DNA from: Halocafeteria seosinensis
Taxonomy: Eukaryota
DNA length: 32,291 nt
NCBI GenBank assembly: GCA_001687465.1
Contig: LVLI01000044.1
Location: 1-32,291 of the forward strand
Direction: 5' to 3'
Each line of letters begins with the position of its first letter. Position 1 is the stretch's first letter. The notes beneath the pieces were generated by a model that was not told where the DNA came from, made no database searches, and was given only the letters and a program-made list of their open reading frames with translations. The position numbers were made by a program, and so were the translations under genes. Of this stretch, positions 23,872-32,291 are shown piece by piece.

Positions 23872-25071
23872 TCCATCAAGAAAGAATAGAATATATATCC
23901 TGCACAACCACATAATAAAAGTTTAAACTCATGAACATGGTTGTTGGTTGTTTTTTTTTTTTCTGCCTTCTTTGCCCTCCTCAGCTTGAGCTGAGCTGAA
24001 CCCAGCTGAGGAATTCCAGCCGTAGCCGCACATGCTTACGTGTTGAGCGAGAAAAGAAAAAAAGAAAAGAAAAGAAAATACATACCGGTAATTTAATAAA
24101 AACGCACGTCCGTGACTTTTTCTTCAAGCAGAATAGACAGGGAGAAAGAGCACCTACATGTACGTGTAGGCTGACAAGCCATATTCGAGCGCCCTTTATA
24201 CGACGACGCAAAAAAGGAAAACTGGGGGAAGTGAAAAGGGAGTGGAATCTGGGGAGTCGCAGCCCTGGTCGCACGGAGGGAGGCTTCAATGTGAGTCATC
24301 ACGATCTGACGGTTTGCGGCCACTGGGAATCAGTTGTCAGCGGAAAGGAGAGGAATTGAACTGTCTTTTACCTACGATGACAGCAGGGGCGATGCTGTCT
24401 GGATCACGGAACATACTTCCGAAAAGTGTTGGAGGCTTAGGAATTGTAGGGTGGGAGGAACGACCGCGACTGGCTCGGCTTCAAAACATCCCGTTGCAAC
24501 AATACGACACGGTTTAGAGTACAGAAGGACCCCAATTCTGACATGGACGTTTCTACTTTCGTTGTAATCTGCATTGGTGTTGACTTCCTTGGCAAATCCT
24601 CCGGACACGAAAGAGATCGTCGGCACGAACAGCAACAACTTCATGGCCAGAAGGAAAGATAAGGAACAAGGAAGTGAATGGCATGTTTGAGAAGGAGGCA
24701 CCAACTGAAGGCACTAGAAATTCCAGAGGGACAAGTTGCTCGCTCCCTTGTTGCCTCGAAGGAAAGACGATTAACGCCTCACGAACTTTCTGAATTGACC
24801 AGACATCCAAGCGTTAAAGTCAATAGACACGAGCGACGTCGCGATGCATTCCCAATATCCAGTACATTCTCATCTTTTTGTCCCCCGAACGCCACATTAT
24901 GCAATATCATCGTGTTGTTTTTCAACGGACATACCAAACGAGGTTACACGCAAAGGTTGAAGAAGCGTAGCCACGTCTTCCGGTACATCACCAATACATA
25001 CAAGCAGCCTAACCCGACGCCCTCGGGCCCATGGCACACAATCTGGGTGGGTTGTTGCTTGTTTATCTGAG

Positions 25072-25132
25072 GTAAATCCACTCAGCACAGAACACCATAT
25101 ATGCTGGTATTGTTCAACTGTATGCTGCCTAG
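25072..25132 (+). other. Probable 5'UTR intron of the LRR gene
   Basis: ctgag|gtaaat ... tgcctag|. The donor context tatctgaggtaaaNccactcagca is conserved upstream of the third LRR copy (~31642-31665). In-frame stops precede ATG 25149. Confidence 0.45.
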
Positions 25133-25148
25133 ATGAGGAGAATAAAGA

Positions 25149-28100
25149 ATGGCATCGAACAGCAAGAGGGACGCCAGGACGGAAGAAAGAGTGCAGACGT
25201 GGATTCAACGGATTCGACGAAATGATCCAGGGTATAAGGATACAGGATGGGATCTTTATCGGAAGAACTTGGATGACGAAGATGCAAAAGACATAGCAGA
25301 TGCCTTGCGGGAGGGAAAGAATACGACATTGACGAGGATTACTTTAGCAGGGAATCAAATCAGTGCTAAAGGAGCTAAATATTTGGCACATGCATGGCGC
25401 GTCAATAAGACATTGACTGGGATTGATTTAGGACGGAATCAAGTCGGTGATATAGGAGCTCAACATTTGGCGGATGTCTTGCGGGTCAATACGACATTGA
25501 GTGCGATTTGGCTACATGGGAATCAAATCGGTGATATAGGAGCTCAACATTTGGCGGATGTCTTGCGGGTCAATACGACATTGAGTGCGATTTGGCTACA
25601 TGGGAATCAAATCGGTGATAAAGGAGCTCAGCATTTGGCGGATGCCTTGCGGGTCAATACGACATTGACCAGGATTAATTTAGAGCGGAATCAAATTGGT
25701 GCTATGGGAGCTCAAAGTTTGGCGGATGCCTTGCGGCTCAATACGACATTGACTAAGATTTGGTTAGACAGGAATCAAATCGGTGCTACAGGAGCTCAAC
25801 ATTTGGCGGATGCCTTGCGGGTCAATACGACATTGACCTATACTGGTATAAACAACAACCAAATCAAGGATCAATCTCTTACGGACCGGATCAAGCATTT
25901 AGTATTCCAGAGAAACAATGTAAGACCACAACGACAATGTGTTTTGTGGAAACTAGCTTTTTTTTTAGATGAATGCATGAATGAATGAGGAAGGAAGGTC
26001 ACTTGCGACGACATACAGTGTAAACCCGGTCGCGTTTGTCCTTGTGTGGGTGTGGATAGGCGATTATGAACTAATTGTTTGCGATTTTCGTGCGTTTGGG
26101 TTTTGGTTGGCTTGACGTTTCTAGGGCAGTGATTGTGCATTTCCACTGTTGTTAAGCACTGAGCCAATTATTGTCCCTTTATCTTTTTCCTTGGTTTTGC
26201 GGATTGCAGCACGAACCGGAACGAGCCAAACGAGAAGCTGAAGAGATCAGAAAGGAAAGCGAGGAACGACAGCGACATAGTAATTGGATTGGCCTCCACG
26301 TATCAGTACGCATATCTGTACTTGAAGCCATACTGTTCGTTTACGAGATCAACGTCGATTCGTTGGCTTGTTTCGACATGTGAAAACTGCAGAACAGCGA
26401 CCATCGGAGCAAAAGGGACGCCATGAAGGAAGAAAGGGTGCAAACGAGCACTCAAAGGATTCGGCGAAATGATCCAGAGTACACGAGGACGGGAAGTGAC
26501 CTTTGGGGCACGAACCTGGATGATAAAGATGCAAAAGACATAGCAAATGCGTTGCGTGAGGGAAAGAATACAACATTGACATGTATTGATTTAGGAAAGA
26601 ATCAAATCGGTGATACCGGAGCTCAACATTTGGCGGATGCCTTGCGCCTTAATACGAATTTGACTGAGATTAATTTAGGAGCGAATCAAATCGGTGATAC
26701 CGGAGCTCAACGTTTGGCGGATGCCTTGTGGATCAATGCATCATTAACCACGATTCATTTAGGAGGAAATCGTATCGGTGCTGCAGGTGCCCAACGTTTG
26801 GCGGATGCCTTACGGGTCAATACAATATTGACGAAGATGGTTTTAGCAATCAATCAAATCAGTGCTACAGGAGCTCAACATTTGGCGAATGCCTTGCGGG
26901 TCAATACGACATTAACTGAGATTCGTTTAGAAGCCAATGAAATCGATGCTACAGGAGCTCAACATTTAGCGGATGCCTTGCAGGTCAATACGACGTTGAG
27001 GGAGATTGATTTACCAGGGAATCAAATCGGTGATAACGGAGCTCGACATTTGAGGAATGCCTTGCGGGTCAATACGACATTGACTAAGATTGTGTTAGCA
27101 AACAATCGAATCGGTGCCACAGGAGCTCAACATTTGGCGGATGCCTTGCGGGTCAACACGACGTTGACTGAGATTTATTTAGGATTTAACAAAATCGGTA
27201 ACACAGGAGCTCAACATTTGGCGGATTCCTTGCGTTTCAATACGACATTGACTACGATTTGTTTTGGGGAGAATCAAATCCGTGCTATTGGAACACAGCA
27301 TCTGGCGGATGCCTTGCGGGTCAATACGACATTGACCACGATTTGGCTGAATGGAAATCAAATTGATGATACAGGAGCTCGACATTTGGCGGATGCCTTG
27401 GATGGCAACATGACATTGACTGATATTGATATAGACAACAATCCAATCAAGGATCAGTCTCTTAAGGACAGAATCAAGAATTTAGTATACCAGAGAAACA
27501 AGGTAAGACCACACGACTTTCTCCAGCAAACAACGGTTGCGTCTTGTCCAAGCTCGTTCCAGTGGAATGAGACTAGCTCTTTTTGTTGGAGCACACAGCA
27601 ACAAAGTGAATGCATGAATGAGGAACGGAGAAAAGGGTAGGTCGCTGCAACGAAGTAAAGTGTAAAACCGGTCGCATATTTCATTGTGTGCGTGTGTATG
27701 GATCATTAGTGAACTATGTCCTTCTGATTTGTGTGTGTGTTTGGTTGGACTGATGTCTCTAATGCAATGCTTCAGCATTTCCACTGTTAAATTTTAAGTC
27801 GATTCTTGCCCCTTTGTCCTCATTCTTTGGTTTACTGTTTCCAGGCTGAACCCGAGCGAGCAAAGGGAGAAGCTGAAGAGATCAGAAAGACGGAAAGCAG
27901 GGAGCAACAACGACATAGTAATGGCATTGACACTCATGAATCAGATGCAGTAAGTGCGTCTCAGGCGATTATCTTCATGAAAAAGGTCCACGTTGGCTTC
28001 TGCTGTCAACGTGCGTAACCCACAGAAGAGAACGTATGAACCCTTACGAGTGAAGCGTTTGGAAAAGCTGGCAAGGACGGATGATTATGATGGGATCCGG

Positions 28101-28478
28101 AGACTGCGAGGTTCTTTACGATCGGTAGATCTTGCTGGAAACACTGTCTTGCACAAGCTCCTGAAAAGTGCTGACGAAAACGTTCGGGACAAAGCCAGAT
28201 ATTTATTAGTGGTTGAAAACTTGGATTTTGATGTCAACATTCAAAATGACCGCGGAGAAACAGTTCTCCATTTGGCCGTCGGGAAGTCGAATGCTGACAT
28301 TGCTGAAGCTGTTGCCAACAGAGGAGCTAACCCAAATCTCCTCGATAAAAGTGGCAAGCCAGTGCTGTCTTATATTGAGGAGCGAGGGGACGAAGAATTG
28401 TATCGTCGTATCTTTGTCCAACATCGTGACCAGTTCGACATGACTTTAGACAGCAACCAACACACAGTGGTACGGTAG
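25149..28478 (+). CDS. Spliced LRR(7)-linker-LRR(11)-linker-ankyrin protein, ~844 aa (NLRC3/ribonuclease-inhibitor-class LRRs)
   Basis: Exons 25149-25919, 26210-26305, 26393-27502, 27845-27949 and 28026-28478. Donors are gtaaga, gtacgc, gtaaga and gtaagt; acceptors are tgcag, tgcag, tccag and cacag. All four introns are phase 0 and the joined frame is open. The repeat consensus is GAQHLADALRVNTTLTxIxLxxNQI. The last exon has ankyrin motifs GNTVLH and GETVLHLAV. Confidence 0.75.
25290..25865 (+). repeat. 84-bp tandem array, 7 LRR units (first LRR exon)
   Basis: Period-84 unit ggagctcaacatttggcggatgccttgcgggtcaatacgacattgac...aatcaaatcggtg. 25444-25620 is an exact period-84 duplication. Confidence 0.95.
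26535..27450 (+). repeat. 84-bp tandem array, 11 LRR units (second LRR exon)
   Basis: Same unit as the first array. Beta-strand variants are TCIDLGK, TEINLGA, TTIHLGG, TKMVLAI, TEIRLEA, REIDLPG, TKIVLAN, TEIYLGF, TTICFGE, TTIWLNG and TDIDIDN. Confidence 0.95.
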
Positions 28479-28628
28479 CTAAACACGATATGAATCCTAC
28501 AACAGTACTGTACATATATATATGTGTATTTGATGTTTTCGTCTCTAAACGAAATTAGAATAGCCGGCCAGGGACAATCACTACTAACGTGACACGTTTG
28601 GTGGGCCAAAGGAGGGACTTCCACCAAA

Positions 28629-28697
28629 CGTCGCACTGGTGCACCAAGTTATCCACCCAAAGGCTTTGGGTGGATAACTTGGTGCACCAGTGCGACG
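28629..28697. repeat. Perfect 69-bp palindrome (34-bp arms, 1-nt spacer)
   Basis: cgtcgcactggtgcaccaagttatccacccaaag-g-ctttgggtggataacttggtgcaccagtgcgacg. The arms are exact reverse complements. Confidence 0.97.
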
Positions 28698-28788
28698 GAA
28701 CAGAGAAACGCCTGTCTGCCGCGGGTCGTTGGGACACCAACAGTGAGTGTCTTTTTTTTTCTTCTCTCTCTTTGTTGGCATATAAACG

Positions 28789-30672
28789 ATGGAGGGACTT
28801 GTCGTGAGTGCCCTCGATGGGGTAAGAAAGCTGTATAATGCATTCAAAGACTATAAAGTGGCGGCCTCGGAAGCCGAGGATCTCGCCCACCGCCTCTCCA
28901 TGCTGGATTCCATGCTTCAAAGAGTACCCACAGACGACGACTCGATCCGCACGCCATTGGAGCGGGTCGCTCAGACAGTGGACAACAGCTATAGTGCTAT
29001 CATGGAACGTCTGCAACCGAAAAAGGGGATATGGAGAAAAGTCAAAGAATTGGCGTCCTCGGCCGCGGATCGCCAAGCGTTCAGCAAGATAGCATGGGAG
29101 ATTTTCCACGCCACTTCGGATCTTAATATGGCACTCACTTTGGACAACAGGCATGACCTACGCCGCATTCGTGAAATCTTGGAAAATAAGGAATTGATTA
29201 ACGAGCAAATGGTGAAGCAGTTCCTTGCGCTCGTTGCGGTGAATTACGAGAACGAGCCAATCAATCCGAAGAAAGAAAACGAAAGCGATGATGAAGATAT
29301 GACGTGGGGCATGAGTAGCATTCGGAGGTACTCGTTGGACGACTTAATCTGGGAAGATGGTGAAGGACCAACACGGGATAGTCCTGAGAGGTGTCTCATT
29401 CGGAAGGGTGGCTTCGGATCTGTCTATCGAGCCAAGCTACGCGGTGTTGGCGATGTTGCCGTTAAAAATCTGAACATTGATCCGAATGAATTGAAAGGGA
29501 AACGGTACAAAGAGTTTAAACGGGAATGCGTCCTACTTCATCGGGCTTCGACGAATCCCAACGTTGTGTCGTTCTTCGGAATCGTGAAGACGAAAGACTC
29601 GATCGGCCTAGTGACGGATTTAGCCAAAGGAGGATCCCTATTTGCTGCCATGAATGAAGAAGATCATGAATACTGGTCAGATCTACCCACCGCGCTGAAA
29701 TTGAAAGCGTTGCTTGACCTACTCGTCGCAGTAAATTGGATGCACTCGTTGGGACTGGTCCATGCCGACTTGAAGCCGCAAAACATTCTTCTTGCAGAGG
29801 ACATGAAAGATGCTTCATTCCCACCTAGTCTGTGGGTGAGTGATTTTGGATTGGCCCACACTACACGCACAATTAAGACATCACGAGGCTCAGCCCTTTG
29901 TCCCAAAGGAGAAGGGCCAACAGGTGGCACTTTGGGATTCATGGCTCCCGAAACGCTCTCGAGGTCGGAAACCACTAAGGAATCGGATATATTCTCGCTT
30001 TCGGTTACGCTTTGGTCCGCACTGAGTGGTGAAGAACCCTTTAAAGGCGTTGTGGATGCTCAGCAATATCTACTCCAATTGAAGAATGAAGGACTTCGTC
30101 CGAATTTAGACCAGCTTTCAAGGGACGTTCCTACAAACATAGTTAAAATCCTGCAACAAGGTTGGTCATTCGATGCGGATCAGCGTCCGACTATTGAAAC
30201 TATGCTAAACGAATGGAGTGGTGAAGCCACACAGGCGATCTATGCAACCCTCGGAGCAGTTTACCAGGTAGAAGAAGCTGCGAAAACCCAAGACTTTGCT
30301 CGCGTCCATGATCTCAAGTCGTCTGTCAATGACAGAGACGCTACAGGGAACACAGCGTTGCATCGCCTGATCCAAGCTGGAAATGAAAGCGTGTTCGATG
30401 CTGTGGAGTGGTTACTTATTGACGAAGACTTACCATTTGACGTTGACATTCAGAACGAGGAAGGTAAAACTATTCTCCACTTGGCCGTCGAGGGTGCCCA
30501 CGTCGACCTGGCAGATACTATCTGCGCTAGATCCCCCGACCCTACTCTCAAAGATGGGGCTGGTCGATCTGTATCCTCTTTTCTGCAAACCTGTGGAGAA
30601 ACTACGGAACTGTATCAACGGATATACATGGAATATCGGCGAGGAATCTTTGGCCACGAAACGGAGCCATGA
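28789..30672 (+). CDS. Protein kinase (TKL-like, non-RD) with N-terminal MLKL-like helical bundle and C-terminal ankyrin repeats
   Basis: 627-aa ORF. Kinase motifs are RKGGFGSVY, VAVK, FKREC, HADLKPQN, DFG, GTLGFMAPE and SDIFSL. The C-terminus has GNTALH and GKTILHLAV ankyrin motifs. The N-terminal ~125 aa of amphipathic helices end in KGIWRKVKELASSAADRQAFSKIAWEIFHATSDLNMAL, which resembles the MLKL N-terminal domain pattern. That domain call is less certain than the kinase call. Confidence 0.9.
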   Translation: MEGLVVSALDGVRKLYNAFKDYKVAASEAEDLAHRLSMLDSMLQRVPTDDDSIRTPLERVAQTVDNSYSAIMERLQPKKGIWRKVKELASSAADRQAFSKIAWEIFHATSDLNMALTLDNRHDLRRIREILENKELINEQMVKQFLALVAVNYENEPINPKKENESDDEDMTWGMSSIRRYSLDDLIWEDGEGPTRDSPERCLIRKGGFGSVYRAKLRGVGDVAVKNLNIDPNELKGKRYKEFKRECVLLHRASTNPNVVSFFGIVKTKDSIGLVTDLAKGGSLFAAMNEEDHEYWSDLPTALKLKALLDLLVAVNWMHSLGLVHADLKPQNILLAEDMKDASFPPSLWVSDFGLAHTTRTIKTSRGSALCPKGEGPTGGTLGFMAPETLSRSETTKESDIFSLSVTLWSALSGEEPFKGVVDAQQYLLQLKNEGLRPNLDQLSRDVPTNIVKILQQGWSFDADQRPTIETMLNEWSGEATQAIYATLGAVYQVEEAAKTQDFARVHDLKSSVNDRDATGNTALHRLIQAGNESVFDAVEWLLIDEDLPFDVDIQNEEGKTILHLAVEGAHVDLADTICARSPDPTLKDGAGRSVSSFLQTCGETTELYQRIYMEYRRGIFGHETEP

Positions 30673-31083
30673 CACTTTGGTTGGATCTCGGTTGACCGGA
30701 ATAACAAAGGCGATATAAATAGGTACCACCAAGGAAAAACAACTTGCACTAGTCGAACGGATTTACAGGTTCTGCGCGTTTCGAAATTGCATGGTTTACT
30801 ACTCATTGTCGCCCCAGACATACATGTACATCTTTTAAACCAACCTGCAGTTCCTCTGATGGACATCACTTACCTATCCCTGCAAGGATAGTGTCCCTTC
30901 CCTTCGACTATAGTAGTTGTTGGCCTTCTGAACATACTACAGTAGTTATACATGTAGACACAGGAAACTGGTGCTCAGCATCCAGTACAATTGTAGCTGC
31001 AGAAACTCGTTCTTCTAACTCAATCTGTGGAAGTGAGCTCCAGCAGCAACACTTGCAGCGGACTTTGGTTTGACGATAATTCC

Positions 31084-31320
31084 ACCCTGTTGTAAAGTCA
31101 ATACAATACCGGTAGTCACGAGCGAAGTCACGATGCATTCTCTTGTTCCTGTTGAGTTCGTGAGTTCCTGTTGATACAATCTTGGAGAGCTCGCGTTGCT
31201 AGCTAATCGTCGAGAGTCCGATAAGCCCTGGCGGTACTGTAGTACAGTATTCTCAAACATGAGAATGAGGTCTTACTGTTGTACATTGTACAGTACCCTG
31301 TTGTAAAGTCAATACAATAC
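31084..31320. repeat. 26-bp exact direct repeat pair
   Basis: accctgttgtaaagtcaatacaatac at 31084-31109 and 31295-31320. Confidence 0.85.
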
Positions 31321-31639
31321 AATAGTCGCGATGCCTTCTCTTTTTCCAGTTGTACATACCTTTCGTCCCCGGACCGCACTGTGCCTCCCTCAACACACGA
31401 TGACCATGACCATACATTTCGGATGGACTGTGGACATACCAACACAACCATACCATCGCATCCATGGGTTAGTAGCTACCACTGGTACAATACAATACCC
31501 CTACCTACATAACCACACCAAGATTGGCATTTATTTGGTTTACCAAAGAAAAAGACAGTCTGCTTGTTACATGTATACTATACTGGTATGCATCATGCAT
31601 CATGGATAGGGGTTGTTTGCCTGCTTGCTTGCTTTTTTA

Positions 31640-31985
31640 TCTATCTGAGGTAAAGCCACTCAGCATACATACTGTGCATCCATCCATACACTACTACCGG
31701 TACACGGAGATGCTATAGTATACAACAAAGTATACGGTAATAGTGTACTGTACAGTCTACTGTACCTATCTAAAGAAGAAGAAGAAGAGGAAGAATGGCA
31801 TCCAACAGCAGCAAGCCGAGCAGGAAGAAAGAGTGCAGACCAGTATTCAACGGATTCGACGAAATGATCCAGAGTATACGGATACAAGAGGGGATCTTTG
31901 GCACAAGAACTTGGATGACCAAGATGCAAAAGACATAGCAGATGCCTTGCGGGTCAATACGACATGGACTACGATTTATTTAGCA
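31640..31985 (+). pseudogene. Third, truncated copy of the LRR gene 5' end
   Basis: It shares the upstream donor motif, the aagaatggcatc start context and EERVQTSIQRIRRNDPEYTDTRGDLWHKNLDDQDAKDIADALRVNTTWTTIYLA. The ATG (MASNS) is out of frame with EERVQ, and homology stops abruptly at ~31985. Confidence 0.85.
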
Positions 31986-32291
31986 TCAGTTCCCAGGTTG
32001 GTTCTTTGGTCAAATCCGAGCCATATTTCAGGGTGTATTCCTGGTAATTTTCAATTGCTATGCTTTCCCCCTCGGGAACAGCAGCACGTCTAACCAGGAC
32101 TTCTACACGACCTTCAAATACACAGTACACCACTGCGTAACAGACTTTGTTCGTCGCCCCAGCAAAGGCCTCCGTCACTTCGCCCTCGTCATTTTGCACT
32201 AGCTTTGTTGCTTGCAACCAAGCCGCGTATAGTGCGGCTTCAGCCCTGTTAGAGTCAATGGAGTCTGTAACTCGCTTCAATTCAATCGCAG
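31969..32291 (-). CDS. Possible 3' end of an unrelated gene entering from beyond the window
   Basis: A 103-aa protein-like ORF reaching close to the window edge and converging on the LRR truncation point. No motif recognised. Confidence 0.3.
   Translation of the reverse strand, partial: AIELKRVTDSIDSNRAEAALYAAWLQATKLVQNDEGEVTEAFAGATNKVCYAVVYCVFEGRVEVLVRRAAVPEGESIAIENYQEYTLKYGSDLTKEPTWELMLNKS

Noticed and set aside
24372..24704. Short ORF with signal-like MKLLLFVPTISFVSGGFA
   Set aside because: No recognisable domain or supported exon structure; could be chance or a remnant.
26279..26285. Splice donor cata|gtaatt (and the equivalent at 27918)
   Set aside because: These are phase 1 and incompatible with the downstream acceptors. 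The phase-0 donors at 26306 and 27950 keep the frame open.
25290..27450. Diversity-generating-retroelement-type adenine mutagenesis or a CRISPR array as the explanation for the repeats
   Set aside because: NNT/NNG codon patterns superficially resemble mutated AAT/AAG, but many synonymous adenines in the scaffold are nearly invariant, TGG and other non-fitting codons occur, and no reverse transcriptase or template repeat is in the window. The units are in-frame 28-aa coding repeats, not repeat-spacer units.
28555..29154. Minus-strand 199-aa ORF and the mirrored peptides SHWCTKLSTQ/LWVDNLVHQCD
   Set aside because: It is antisense to the kinase, and the mirrored peptides are simply a consequence of the DNA palindrome.

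Overview
Eukaryotic, intron-containing DNA, most likely from a stramenopile-type protist (inferred from gene content, not proven). No rRNA, tRNA or CRISPR array is visible. The first ~10 kb is mostly decayed accessory sequence: a TPR fragment, an intact secreted GLUG-repeat protein with a Ser/Thr stalk (- strand), a degraded inverted paralogue of it (+), a Mutator (MULE) transposase remnant and a broken coiled-coil ORF. From 10.2 to 23.9 kb (-) lies one giant (~4,500 aa) surface protein gene with a signal peptide, Cys-rich repeats, ~10 cadherin repeats, many IPT/TIG domains and 9 TM helices, resembling the stramenopile nonagonal cadherins. It is split in the ORF track by one 82-nt intron and one frameshift. 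From 25.1 to 32.0 kb (+) is the most interesting locus, an immune-like cluster. It contains a gene built from a duplicated [LRR exon + linker exon] cassette joined by phase-0 introns, with 18 ribonuclease-inhibitor-class 28-aa LRRs whose variation is concentrated in four exposed beta-strand codons, ending in an ankyrin module. Directly downstream, past a perfect 69-bp palindrome, is an MLKL-like four-helix-bundle + intact non-RD kinase + paralogous ankyrin ORF, and then a third, truncated LRR copy. All domain calls come from motif recognition by eye; no searches were run.
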